DNA of 64,000 nt, from NCBI GenBank assembly GCA_965263035.1, contig OZ253580.1:5024001-5088000 (forward strand). The letters are read 5' to 3'. The stretch comes from Acidobacteriota bacterium (lineage in GTDB: Bacteria; Acidobacteriota; UBA6911; RPQK01; JAJDTT01). Below are positions 37,900-47,443 of the stretch, one piece after another. How positions within the stretch are numbered: position 1 is the first letter of the stretch; the number at the start of each line of letters is the position of its first letter. The notes under the pieces are model-generated. The model saw nothing but the letters and a program-made list of their open reading frames with translations, searched no databases and was not told the origin of the DNA. The position numbers and the translations under genes were made by a program.

Positions 37900-38214
37900 C
37901 TAAGCGGCCACGCCAGGTTGGGGCGTCACTTCTTTGTCGAGTCGATCCTTGAGGACAGCTTTCGCTGTTTCAAGCTCGTAGCGAGACTGCAAATTCATCC
38001 AGAATCGAGCGGAGTTTCCAAAGTACCTGCTTAACCGGAGCGCCGTGTCTGCCGTGATGGCGCGCTTCTCGTGAAAGATCTCATTGATCCGGCGGGGTGG
38101 CACCGAGATGTCCTTGGCCAGCCGGTATTGGGTCAGGCCCATCGGCTTCATGAACTCCTCCCGCAGAATTTCTCCTGGATGGATGGGTTTAAGGGTCTGG
38201 TCTCTCTGATCCAT
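37900..38214 (-). CDS. higA: HigA antitoxin (Xre HTH)
   Basis: PIHPGEILREEF, RRINEI, AITADTALRLSRYFG, FWMNLQSRYEL. Confidence 0.95.
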   Translation of the reverse strand: MDQRDQTLKPIHPGEILREEFMKPMGLTQYRLAKDISVPPRRINEIFHEKRAITADTALRLSRYFGNSARFWMNLQSRYELETAKAVLKDRLDKEVTPQPGVAA

Positions 38215-38239
38215 TGATCAGTCTCCTTCTACCCTCCTG

Positions 38240-38521
38240 CTAGTGGTAGTCCACCACCTCCACGTCAAACGCGTCGCCGGTCTCCCAGTGAAAGCAGATC
38301 CGCCATTGTCGATTGATCCGGACGCTATATTGGCCTTTGCGGTTGCCCGAGAGCGCCTCCAGCCGGCTGGAGGGTATCACCTTGAGGTCCCTGAGCGATT
38401 CGGCTGCGTCCAGCATTTCCAGCTTCCTGAGTGCAACTTTCTTCAAACCCGGCGGAAACTTCCGTTGAAGTCGCCTGTTGAAGAGCTTTTCGGTGTCCTT
38501 GCAGTGGAAGCTCTTGATCAG
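38240..38521 (-). CDS. higB: HigB toxin (RelE/ParE superfamily), apparent CTG start
   Basis: frame extends upstream of 38446 as (M)IKSFHCKDTEKLF; RLEALSGNRKGQYSVRINRQWRICF...VDYH. Confidence 0.9.
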   Translation of the reverse strand: MIKSFHCKDTEKLFNRRLQRKFPPGLKKVALRKLEMLDAAESLRDLKVIPSSRLEALSGNRKGQYSVRINRQWRICFHWETGDAFDVEVVDYH

Positions 38522-38527
38522 GGAAGG

Positions 38528-38556
38528 ATAATAACTTGGCGCGTTAAGGTTGTCAA
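38528..38556 (-). promoter_or_regulatory. higBA promoter with operator-like palindrome
   Basis: minus strand TTGACA-N17-TATTAT, 6 nt before the higB first codon; TAAC-N7-GTTA spanning the spacer. Confidence 0.8.
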
Positions 38557-38630
38557 GCGTTATGGTCTGGAAGTTCCCGGAAAAATAAGGTGGAATCGCC
38601 TTAAGTCATTTGTCGCCGACCTTCGGGCCG

Positions 38631-40115
38631 TCAGCGGAACCGCAGCGAGTAGAGGTCCGCGTCCTTCATCACGAAACGCAACCGCACCGGCTGCCCCGAG
38701 ATACGCGCCAGAGGCTTGGACGTGTCGGCCTGGGTGTGACTTCGTTCCCACCGGACCGTGTGCTCGATCTCGTCGCCCCAGATCAACGGAGACTCCTCCA
38801 GAGCGAATCCGGCCAGGGGCCGTCCGCCGGCGTCCTGGATCTCCACCCGAATGCTTCCCGCCGCCGAGGTCGCGAAGTTCAACGCCAGGTTCTCTCCCCG
38901 AAAGGTCAGCGGCCGGGTGATCAGTTCACCTCCTGCCGGGCCCGCATGCACCGACATGAATCCGTCGGTCCGGACCACCATCCGTTCCAGATAGTTGGTG
39001 GGGAACGTGTAGTGGCGTTGGACGAACAGGGAGATTTCGTCCGGCGCCGTGGCCAGCAGGCCCCAGGCGGGGGTGTTGGAGCGATGGGACCAGTTGCGCA
39101 TTTCGCGCCCCGGTCGGATGAAGGCGTCCAGTTGGCGGTTCCAGTGGATCGCGTCGCGGCTGGACATGAAGATGGCGTCGGAGCAACCGCCGGCATGAGC
39201 CTGATTGAAGGGACCCCGCGTCTTCCAGGGGTGGAAACGCCGCGGGAAAGCAAAATAGATGTGGGGCGCTCTGAAATAAGGCCGGGTCGCGTTCGTGTAG
39301 AGGTGCTCGGCAGGCGCATCCCCGAACTCGCCCCATTGTCCCGGCGTCCAGTTCCTGAAGTCGGTGGAGGTGGCGATCTTGATGGTCCGTACTCCGAGCT
39401 TGAAATCGCGGTAGACGGAGACGTACCGCTCGCGGACCGTGTCCCAGAAGGCCAGATTGGGAGAGTCGAAGGCCCCGTCCGTGATGATGGGTTCCTCTCT
39501 CAACTCCTTCCAATGGATCCCGTCCGGAGAGGTGAAAGCGTACAGCGCCCCTCGATCCGGACCCACGGCTTTGTAGAGTTCGGAGGCGGGCGCCTGTGGG
39601 TTCGAGTCCTTGAAGGGGAGAAAGGCCCCTGTACCCCTTCCCATCCAGACGATGTTGTTGTCCCTGGATCCTTCGTACTCGTATAGCCCCAGCGAGGGCC
39701 GGGACCAGTGGATCCCGTCTCGACTCTCGGCGTAGCACGCGGTGTGGGGGTGCTCGGGGATCACCTCTTCGGAGGGCTCCAGCAGCGACTCCAGGGCGTA
39801 TCCGCGATGACTACTGCCCCGGTAGTACATTCGGTAGAGATCGCCGTCCTGGAAGACTACGGTAGTGCTGCCACTGGTCACTCCCTCCCAGGGACGGTCG
39901 AAGACCATCACCTTTCCGGCGGACCGAGGGGAGTGGAGCTTGAGTTCCAGATCGCTCATGGTGTCGATGAGGTAGTCGTCGACGAAGAGCTCCAGCCGGG
40001 AATCCAGTTCCCGGACCTCGCCGGTAGCCTTCAGTTTCTTGTGCTGCCCGCCTACGAGGGCTGGGGACGAGATCAGGATCAAGACGAGTAATGGGCAAGG
40101 GAATCGAAATCTCAA
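38631..40115 (-). CDS. secreted beta-propeller glycoside hydrolase-like protein
   Basis: signal peptide; ELFVDDYLI; repeated Asp-box-like SxDGIHW motifs; RTDGF and DADLYSLRF C-terminus. Confidence 0.7.
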   Translation of the reverse strand: MRFRFPCPLLVLILISSPALVGGQHKKLKATGEVRELDSRLELFVDDYLIDTMSDLELKLHSPRSAGKVMVFDRPWEGVTSGSTTVVFQDGDLYRMYYRGSSHRGYALESLLEPSEEVIPEHPHTACYAESRDGIHWSRPSLGLYEYEGSRDNNIVWMGRGTGAFLPFKDSNPQAPASELYKAVGPDRGALYAFTSPDGIHWKELREEPIITDGAFDSPNLAFWDTVRERYVSVYRDFKLGVRTIKIATSTDFRNWTPGQWGEFGDAPAEHLYTNATRPYFRAPHIYFAFPRRFHPWKTRGPFNQAHAGGCSDAIFMSSRDAIHWNRQLDAFIRPGREMRNWSHRSNTPAWGLLATAPDEISLFVQRHYTFPTNYLERMVVRTDGFMSVHAGPAGGELITRPLTFRGENLALNFATSAAGSIRVEIQDAGGRPLAGFALEESPLIWGDEIEHTVRWERSHTQADTSKPLARISGQPVRLRFVMKDADLYSLRFR

Positions 40116-40669
40116 GGGTGCTTCTCCCCGTTGGTTTCTCCATTGACGGCGGCGCCGTACAGCTCGAAACGAGCCCGGACCGTGCCGCCGGGGTGGTTCT
40201 CGTGAAATAGGATGGAAACTATTCCTGTTGGGTCCTCGCTACGGTACAGCCGAAGCGTGGCGTTCCAGAATCGGCGTGTCTCCAGGTATTGGGGCATGCC
40301 GGTCTTGCTCTTGTGGCGCTCGGCGTCGGTTCCGATGGGGACGGCGGTGGGGTGCAGGTGCACCGTTCCCACAAGAGGCGACCCGGCCGGGGTGGCCCAA
40401 TCGTTCGCCTCCATGGGATCAGCTCGGAGGGCGACCGGCGCGCCCGACGGAGGGAGGAAACGCAGCCAGAAGGCTCCTGCTTCGGACCGGACCTCCAAAT
40501 CGAAGGGACCCTTCTCCAGAACGCTCCCGTCAGCCGTTCGAAGACTCGAAGGCAGTCGGACCTTCCCGACAAAAGGGGCGGCGCTCTGGGGCAGGGGACC
40601 CGCCGCCGCTGCGGAAATCAATCCCAGGAAGGCCAGGACCCGCCACGCCGTCTCACGCCGAATGGCCAA
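40112..40669 (-). CDS. hypothetical secreted protein
   Basis: N-terminal signal peptide; overlaps both neighbours in an operon. Confidence 0.6.
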   Translation of the reverse strand: MAIRRETAWRVLAFLGLISAAAAGPLPQSAAPFVGKVRLPSSLRTADGSVLEKGPFDLEVRSEAGAFWLRFLPPSGAPVALRADPMEANDWATPAGSPLVGTVHLHPTAVPIGTDAERHKSKTGMPQYLETRRFWNATLRLYRSEDPTGIVSILFHENHPGGTVRARFELYGAAVNGETNGEKHP

Positions 40670-42125
40670 ACGACCTCCCAGTCAGCTGCCGGTACAGATC
40701 CTCGCCCGCCTCTCCCGCTTCGCCGACACCGCTGAGGCGCCGGTCCAGGCCCTGGAAGAAGTAGGTCAACCTGCGGTGGTCCAGTCCCATCAGCCCCAGC
40801 ATGGCGGAGTGGAGGTCGTTGACGTGCATCTTGTCCTCCATGGCTACGAAACCCAGATCGTCGGTGGCGCCGATGGTCTGGCCTCCGCGAACACCGCCTC
40901 CTGCCATCCAGGCGCTGAAGCCGAATGGATTGTGATCGCGCCCCTCCTTGCCCTGCATGACCGGAGTCCGGCCGAACTCGCCCGTGGAAACGACCAGGGT
41001 GCTCTCCAGCAGACCCCGCTGTTTGAGATCTTCCAGCAGAGCGGCCATGGGCTGGTCCGTCTTCCACGAGTTCTTCATGTGGTTCTTGTCGCACTCGCCG
41101 TGAGCGTCCCAGCCGCCGCTGTAGAGATGGACGAAGCGGACTCCCCGCTCCACCATTCGCCGGGCCAGCAGACACATGCGGCCGAACTTATGGGTCTGAT
41201 CCTGATCCAGTCCGTACATTCGCTTCACGTGCTCCGGCTCTCCCGAGAGGTCGATGAGCTCGGGCGCCGCCATCTGCATGCGGAAAGCCAACTCGTAGTT
41301 CCGGATTCTCGCCTCCAGGCGGCTGTCCCCGGGCCGGGTCTGCAGATGCGTCCGGTTCCATCCCCCGATTCTCTCGAGCAGAGCCCGCTGCCGGTTCAGG
41401 TCCATCTGGGAAGGGGGCCGCAGGTTCTGGAAGGGCTGGCCCTCCGTATTGATGAGCGTCCCCTGGTAGATCGCCGGGAGGAAGCCGGTGCTGAAGTTGG
41501 AGGTGCTGGACCGAAAGATGCTGTCGGTCATCACGATGTAGGAGGGCAGGTTGTCCGTGTCGCTCCCCAAGCCGTACAGGACCCAGGAGCCCATGCTCGG
41601 ACTGCCCAACTGCAGGCTCCCCGTGTGCAGGTAGGTGAGAGCCGGACCGTGGACGAACGACTCGTGGTGACAGGACCGGATGACGGCCATGTCGTCCGCG
41701 TGTTTCGCGAGTCCTTCGAAGAGATCGGAAACCTCGATGCCGGATTGCCCCCGCTTCTTGAAGGTCCGGCGACTGGCCATGAGCTTGGACTCGTAGGGAT
41801 TGATCTGGGCCAGTTCCAGGTCCGTCCGGAAGCTGGAGGGAAGAGGTTGGCCGTCGTAGCGCTCCAAGACGGGCTTGGGGTCGAAGCTGTCCACCTGGCT
41901 CAAGCCGCCCTGCATGAAGAGGAAGATGACGCTCTTGGCCTGGGACGGAAAGTGGGGTTCTTTGGGAGCGAGAGGATAAACGGGCCGGTCGATGCCGGCG
42001 AGGAGTCGGCCCTCCTGTTCCAAAAGACCGCCCAGGGCCAGCGAGCCGAACCCGAAGGAGGAGGCCTTCAGAAAATCGCGCCGTGAACCGACCTGAACGG
42101 CGCCCTGGCAAGCGTTGGTAATCAA
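40653..42125 (-). CDS. DUF1501 domain-containing protein (Tat)
   Basis: SRRDFLK; AKSVIFLFMQGGLSQVDSFDPKP; LLARRMVERGVRFV; GEFGRTP; GRDHNP. Confidence 0.92.
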   Translation of the reverse strand: MITNACQGAVQVGSRRDFLKASSFGFGSLALGGLLEQEGRLLAGIDRPVYPLAPKEPHFPSQAKSVIFLFMQGGLSQVDSFDPKPVLERYDGQPLPSSFRTDLELAQINPYESKLMASRRTFKKRGQSGIEVSDLFEGLAKHADDMAVIRSCHHESFVHGPALTYLHTGSLQLGSPSMGSWVLYGLGSDTDNLPSYIVMTDSIFRSSTSNFSTGFLPAIYQGTLINTEGQPFQNLRPPSQMDLNRQRALLERIGGWNRTHLQTRPGDSRLEARIRNYELAFRMQMAAPELIDLSGEPEHVKRMYGLDQDQTHKFGRMCLLARRMVERGVRFVHLYSGGWDAHGECDKNHMKNSWKTDQPMAALLEDLKQRGLLESTLVVSTGEFGRTPVMQGKEGRDHNPFGFSAWMAGGGVRGGQTIGATDDLGFVAMEDKMHVNDLHSAMLGLMGLDHRRLTYFFQGLDRRLSGVGEAGEAGEDLYRQLTGRSFGHSA

Positions 42126-42184
42126 GTTCCTCTCCTTGAATCGATGTTCCTATTGAAGCCCTGCGGACACGGCACCGTCAAGAT

Positions 42185-42269
42185 AGGAGGGGGGACATCT
42201 TGTCCCCCACTGGGAAGGGGGACACCCCTGTCCCCCAAAACCCAAGATTCGCGGGTTGCAAAACCCGCG
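42185..42269. repeat. cluster of REP-like hairpins
   Basis: AGGAGGGGGGACATCTTGTCCCCC, GGGAAGGGGGACACCCCTGTCCCCC, CGCGGGTTGCAAAACCCGCG in an intergenic gap. Confidence 0.6.
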
Positions 42270-42352
42270 TTGCTATCCCAAACCAATCCACATCCTCCGA
42301 CGATTCTCCGGGTCCGGCGTTATCCAACACGGATTCTCCCATGTTTCGGCAA

Positions 42353-45010
42353 TCAGTCGACGAAGAGGAACTCATTGAGGTTGAAGACGGCCAGACAGAG
42401 TTCCGTCAGTCCCTGGGCCTGACTCCGCTCGATGGTCTTCAGCTCGGGGGGAGTGCCCTCCGGCAACTCCTCCCACTTCTCGCCCCCGGCGGACGCCAAG
42501 GTCTCGAGGGCGCCCCGGGTCTCCCCATCGGTGGGCGGCCGCCCCAGGGCGGTCCGCCAGGCCCGGTCCACCCATCGGCTCGGCTCGGAACCCCCCTCCC
42601 GGACAAGACGACCCGCGAAGGCCAGGGCCTGCCGGAATACGGCATCGTTGTTGAGGAGCCAAAGGGATTGGGGCGCCACCGTGGTCACGGAGCGCTCGGG
42701 ACAGCTGACCGCCGGATCGGGAGTATCGAACTTCTCGAACATGGGGAAGACGAAGTTCCGACGAGAGAGGATATAGATGCCTCTGCGGCTGTGCTCTGCA
42801 GGGTCCGCCGGCACGGTCCACGCCCACTTGAGCCGGAAGCCGGCCAGTTCATCCTCCGACAGCGGCGGAACGAAAGGCCGGCCGTACATCTTGGAGTTCA
42901 GGGTGCCGGCCACGGCATGGATGCTGTCCCACAAGACCTCGGCCTCGACCCGTCTCCGATTGGCCCGCCAGAGGTAGGCGTTGTCCGGGTCGACGGCGGC
43001 GTTGTGAGGATCGTCGAACCGGCTGGTGAGCCGGTAGGTCGAGGATTGGACAATCAGCCGGTGCATCGCCTTGAGGCTCCAGCCCTGGCGGACGAACTCG
43101 GTGGCCAGCCAGTCCAGCAGCTTCGGATGGGACGGGGGTTGGCCCTGGAGTCCGAAGTCGTTGGAGGTGGACACGATCCCCCGCCCGAAATGCCACTGCC
43201 AGAGGCGATTCGCCATGACCCGCGCGGTCAGCGGATGGTCGGGACGGGTCAGCCACAGGGCCAGTTGCTTCCGGTACCGGGGGCCATGGCCTTCGTTGGT
43301 GTCGAAGTCGACTCCGTCTTCCAGAATCCGGGGCAGTCCGGCCTCCACGAGCTTCCCGGGGCGGTCCAGATCGCCCCGCTCCAGGATCCGGGTCTCCGGG
43401 ATCAACTCCCCCTGAATGTGACCCAGGACGGTGGCCGAAGGCGGGTCGTAGAATCCGTCCCATCGGACGTTGTGGGAGGCGTCCTTGACGGGGATCTCCA
43501 GTACCTTCTCGGCAATGGCCAGCAGCAGGCGGGTGCTTGTTTCCTTCTCCTCTTCCGTCAGGTGCTCCTTGAGCTTGAAGGTCGTTGGGCTGAAGAAGTC
43601 CGCCAAGGCCTCCTGAAGGGGCGCCGCCAGCCTCTTCTCCTCCTCCGAGCGTTCCCCCTCCGGCTTCTCGTAGGCCCGGCGCACCTCTGCCGGGAAACGG
43701 GCTTTCCGTTCCTCGGTCAAACGCTGCCGGACCTTGGCCTCGAACATCCCGTGGGCCCGGCGCCGTTCGTCCAGGGCGATGGTCCGGGGGTAGTACTCGT
43801 TCCGGTGGAACATGCTCATGGCCGTGATCACCGGAAGCGTCACCGGATGGGAGGGAGCGAAGATGGCCTGCACCCGGAAATAGTCTTCCTGGCTGATGGG
43901 ATCGAACTTGTGGTCGTGGCAGCGGGCGCAGGCCAGGGTCAGACCCATGAAGGCCGCTCCCGTCATGTCGACCCAATCGGTCAGACGTTCGTAGCGGAGC
44001 TTGGGGGCGTCCAGGGTGGACTCGCCGATGGAGGGTCCAAACCCGTAGAGGCTGGTGCCGACGCGGGCTTCCAGGTGAGCCACCTTTGCGGGCCGAATGG
44101 CGTAGCTGGTGTCGTAGAGGTCCAGGTTGTCGGGCCACAGCTCGTCGGCCGCGACCTGTTCCTGGATGAAGCGGTCGTACGGTTTGTCTTCGTTGAACGA
44201 CTTGATCACGTAGTCCCGGTAGCGCCAGGCGTTGGGATAATACTCGTCCGTCTCGAACCCGCCGCTATCGGCGTAGCGCACCACGTCGAGCCAATGCCGG
44301 GCCCAGCGCTCGCCATAGGCGGGCGACTCCAGCAGCTGGTCCACGAGCTTCTCGAACGCCTTGGGGGACTCGTCCCGGAGGAAGGACTCCACTTGATCCG
44401 GCGAGGGCGGCAGTCCGATCAGGTCGATGTAGACTCTACGGACCAACTCCGGCCGGCTCGCTTCGGGAGCCGGTTTCAGGCCCTGGGCATGGAGCCGGGC
44501 CAGCACGAAGTTGTCGATGGGATTGCGAACCCGGCGGGTCGCTTCGAGGACTTGGGGAGACTCGGGACGAACCGGTGCGCGAAAGGACCACCAAGTGGGG
44601 CCGCCGGCTTCCGTAGCGGCAGAGTCGGGCCAGGACGCCCCGGCCTCGATCCAGGCCTTGAGGGTTTCCAGGTCCTGCTCGGGAAGCCGTTTCTCTCCGG
44701 GAGGCATCTCCAGATCGCCCATGTGGGCGACGGCCTGGTAGAGCAGGCTGGAGCCGGCCCGGCCCGGCTCCACTGCCGGACCGCGGTTGCCGCCACGCAG
44801 CATACCCTCCCGGGATCGGAGATCCAGGCCCGAGGCGCGGATGGAGCCGTGGCAGCTCAGGCACTCGTGCTTGAGGATCTCCGAGACGCGATCGGCGTGG
44901 CCGGACCCGGAAGGCGCCGGCCAGCCCGTCGCCCCGCTGAGGACGGCGACGGCGAGGACCACCCGAAGACAGCGTGCCTGCATGGCGGGGGTGGGCTGCG
45001 AAATGTTCAC
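42353..45010 (-). CDS. planctomycete cytochrome c / DUF1549 / DUF1553 (PSD1) protein
   Basis: CLSCH and CARCHDHKFDPI CxxCH motifs; NPIDNFV, YGERWARHWLDVVRYADS, HPLTARVMANRLWQWHFGRG; start may be 44983. Confidence 0.92.
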   Translation of the reverse strand: MNISQPTPAMQARCLRVVLAVAVLSGATGWPAPSGSGHADRVSEILKHECLSCHGSIRASGLDLRSREGMLRGGNRGPAVEPGRAGSSLLYQAVAHMGDLEMPPGEKRLPEQDLETLKAWIEAGASWPDSAATEAGGPTWWSFRAPVRPESPQVLEATRRVRNPIDNFVLARLHAQGLKPAPEASRPELVRRVYIDLIGLPPSPDQVESFLRDESPKAFEKLVDQLLESPAYGERWARHWLDVVRYADSGGFETDEYYPNAWRYRDYVIKSFNEDKPYDRFIQEQVAADELWPDNLDLYDTSYAIRPAKVAHLEARVGTSLYGFGPSIGESTLDAPKLRYERLTDWVDMTGAAFMGLTLACARCHDHKFDPISQEDYFRVQAIFAPSHPVTLPVITAMSMFHRNEYYPRTIALDERRRAHGMFEAKVRQRLTEERKARFPAEVRRAYEKPEGERSEEEKRLAAPLQEALADFFSPTTFKLKEHLTEEEKETSTRLLLAIAEKVLEIPVKDASHNVRWDGFYDPPSATVLGHIQGELIPETRILERGDLDRPGKLVEAGLPRILEDGVDFDTNEGHGPRYRKQLALWLTRPDHPLTARVMANRLWQWHFGRGIVSTSNDFGLQGQPPSHPKLLDWLATEFVRQGWSLKAMHRLIVQSSTYRLTSRFDDPHNAAVDPDNAYLWRANRRRVEAEVLWDSIHAVAGTLNSKMYGRPFVPPLSEDELAGFRLKWAWTVPADPAEHSRRGIYILSRRNFVFPMFEKFDTPDPAVSCPERSVTTVAPQSLWLLNNDAVFRQALAFAGRLVREGGSEPSRWVDRAWRTALGRPPTDGETRGALETLASAGGEKWEELPEGTPPELKTIERSQAQGLTELCLAVFNLNEFLFVD

Positions 45011-45061
45011 GGCGCGATCCGATCGATTAGCTTCGATCTTAGCAGCCGTCGGCGACTCTTG

Positions 45062-47245
45062 TCATGGACGTGCGGCGTTGGAATCGCCACCCGCTTCGGC
45101 TGCGCCGCCGCGGCCCGGACCGGATTTCCGGGACCATTTGAGCCGCTCCCGATAGATTCTCTCCGCTTCGGCCAGTTGACCTAGAACCTCCCGTTGCTGG
45201 TGCAGGCTCTCGAAGGAGCCACCGGCGAGAGAGGTCTGGCGCATCTCGTCGAACCTCTCCAGGAAGAACTGCAGGGCTTCGGGGTCGGCGTAGGGCCGTC
45301 CGCCCACGGTGACGTAGACCGGAGTGGTGTGGGCAAAGAGATCGGGATTGTTGACCACCAATGGATGCTCTCCGCCGCGGACCCGAGCGGCCATCCAACC
45401 GCTGGACGGAACCCGGATGGTCCCCCGGTGAATCAAACTGGTCTCGTCCTTGAGCGGGATCTCCTGCAGGACCTCGCTGTTGAACAGAATCTCCACCCTC
45501 TCCATGGGAACCTGGGAATGCGCCTCCAACTCCAGCTCCACCGGTCCCGGCTCGTCCAGGGCGATCTCGCTTCCGGGAAGACGGCCCTGGACCCGGAAGT
45601 AGAGGAGAGGTCCGTTGCTGACGAAGGTCTTCCCCTGCTGCAGGGCCCGAACCCAGGACTCGTACGACAAACTGTCTCCGGTGTAGGCGTAGACTCGATC
45701 GCCGCCCAGGACCTTGTGGCGGCGGACGTTGTTGAAGGTGTCCGTTCCGGCCACTGCGCTCAGGCGCCATCCGCAATCCAGCAACAGGCGGTAGAGAGCG
45801 TTGGAACTCTCGGTGCTGGATAGGCCCAGGATCTCCATGCCGTCGACGGTTCCCAGGGCGGCGTCCACGGGGATCCAGCGTTGCCGGCCCAGAGAGGGGT
45901 GGACGTAGAAGACGGCGGCTCCTTCCTTGCGGACCTCCCGGACGGCGGTGGCGTTGGACGGGTAGTCAAAGGGGAAGAAACTGGCGGGGAACCCGTTGTA
46001 GGGGGGCTCCAGAAAACGCTTCAGGTTCAGGACGCCGATGTGTCCGTAGAGAGCGGGGCGGATCTCCTGGCTCCAGTAGAGGATATGCCGCGGCGTGCTC
46101 AGGGGATGGGGAGCCCCGGTGAAGTGCTGCCGGTCGTAGAGGACGGGTCCCTGCGAGTTGCAGACCAGGAGGTTGGCCACGTTCAAGTCCTCGGCCTCCA
46201 CCTGGAGGCGGACGTCGGTGGGGTTGACGATCTGGTCCATGGTCTTGTGGACCAGGTTGGGATGGATGTGGATGTCTCCCGAGTACCAGCCGCGGGAGGC
46301 CGCGTCGTGGAAGCGCTCCAATCGAAACTCCAGCGAGTTGGGGCCGGAAGGCTGCAGGTCGACGACCCGTTCCTGGTAGCGGTGCTCGAATCCCCGGACC
46401 ACGCGGATTCGGGTCTTGCCTGCCGGGAGGACCAAGCTGCTGGTTCCCCGCGTGTGAAAGTAGGCGCCCGCCCGGATCGGCGTATAGCGGAGATAAGTGC
46501 CCGAAGGGGCCCGCCCCAGGCCGTCGGAACCGACCACTTCTACCCGCGCGGGGACCATCCGGCCGTTTTCATCCAGAATCCGTATCTGGAGACGGCAGGA
46601 GGGGTTCCAAGCCAGGGGAAGACTCACACGGCGAATCCGGCCGTTGGTCCCAACCTGCAGGTCCAGATTCCTACTGCCCTCTCCCCAGACCCGGGCGATG
46701 ACGGCATGGACTTCCTGAGGGGCCAAGCGGACTTGTCGAGGCCGGAAATACAGCGGTCCCTCCGCCGGTTCCAGACTCACGCTCTGGGAACGGCGGGACA
46801 GGTTCCGAAGCAGGATCAATACCCGATTCTCCAATCCCCGAGTGAACTCCAGGCGGGATGGACGGGACTGGACCACCGGCGGGGCGACCTCGATCTTGAG
46901 CAGCTCAGGGGAGGAGAGGTTCCAGAGGGAGACGCTGATCTGGGACCTCACAACCGGAGCCGGTAGGACAGTGCGGTCACCGTAGACGTTTCTCTGGAGC
47001 ATGGTGAGAGGGCGGAACTGACCGTAAACGCTGAAGGCCGCCTCCCGATTCACCCGTTGGTTCAGGAGCAGTGCCGAGAAGAATTCGACGACGAGCCGGT
47101 GGCGGGGGTCCCGCATCTGAAGGCCGTCGAGGGTGTCTTCGGTCAGGCCGTAGGGATTGAAGAGCGGCTCCCCCGACTGACCGGGAAGGCTCGTCGACAG
47201 AAGTACCGCCAGAACGGGGACGAGCCACCATGATACTCGATTCAA
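45062..47245 (-). CDS. CehA/McbA-like PHP metallohydrolase, secreted
   Basis: GWYSGDIHIH, YGHIG, YVHP, AGTDT, GKTFVSNGP, AHTTPVYV. Confidence 0.82.
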   Translation of the reverse strand: MNRVSWWLVPVLAVLLSTSLPGQSGEPLFNPYGLTEDTLDGLQMRDPRHRLVVEFFSALLLNQRVNREAAFSVYGQFRPLTMLQRNVYGDRTVLPAPVVRSQISVSLWNLSSPELLKIEVAPPVVQSRPSRLEFTRGLENRVLILLRNLSRRSQSVSLEPAEGPLYFRPRQVRLAPQEVHAVIARVWGEGSRNLDLQVGTNGRIRRVSLPLAWNPSCRLQIRILDENGRMVPARVEVVGSDGLGRAPSGTYLRYTPIRAGAYFHTRGTSSLVLPAGKTRIRVVRGFEHRYQERVVDLQPSGPNSLEFRLERFHDAASRGWYSGDIHIHPNLVHKTMDQIVNPTDVRLQVEAEDLNVANLLVCNSQGPVLYDRQHFTGAPHPLSTPRHILYWSQEIRPALYGHIGVLNLKRFLEPPYNGFPASFFPFDYPSNATAVREVRKEGAAVFYVHPSLGRQRWIPVDAALGTVDGMEILGLSSTESSNALYRLLLDCGWRLSAVAGTDTFNNVRRHKVLGGDRVYAYTGDSLSYESWVRALQQGKTFVSNGPLLYFRVQGRLPGSEIALDEPGPVELELEAHSQVPMERVEILFNSEVLQEIPLKDETSLIHRGTIRVPSSGWMAARVRGGEHPLVVNNPDLFAHTTPVYVTVGGRPYADPEALQFFLERFDEMRQTSLAGGSFESLHQQREVLGQLAEAERIYRERLKWSRKSGPGRGGAAEAGGDSNAARP

Positions 47246-47262
47246 GGGTTTCTCCTCCTAAA

Positions 47263-47422
47263 CAGTCCGTGGTGAAAGTCGCGCGAGCACCGAGACCGGT
47301 CCTGCGCCCGCCGGACCAGGCACGATGCAGGGAGCATACCGGGAGTATGTGACCGAGTCGCAACGCAGTCCGCGCACGATGCAGGGACGGTCGAATGCCG
47401 TGACGACTTTTGCCACGGGCTG
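47263..47422 (-). mobile_element. MITE-like non-autonomous element, copy 2
   Basis: reverse complement of 21857-22014 with few differences; flanks TAAA/TCAA (one mismatch). Confidence 0.8.
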
Positions 47423-47443
47423 TCAACGTGAGCTGCGACGCCG

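Noticed and set aside
42200-45184. Long opposite-strand or alternate-frame ORFs (also 332-1537, 1413-3257, 4530-6044, 23777-25480, 60809-62386)
   Set aside because: They overlap well-supported genes, lack motifs and are expected at high GC.
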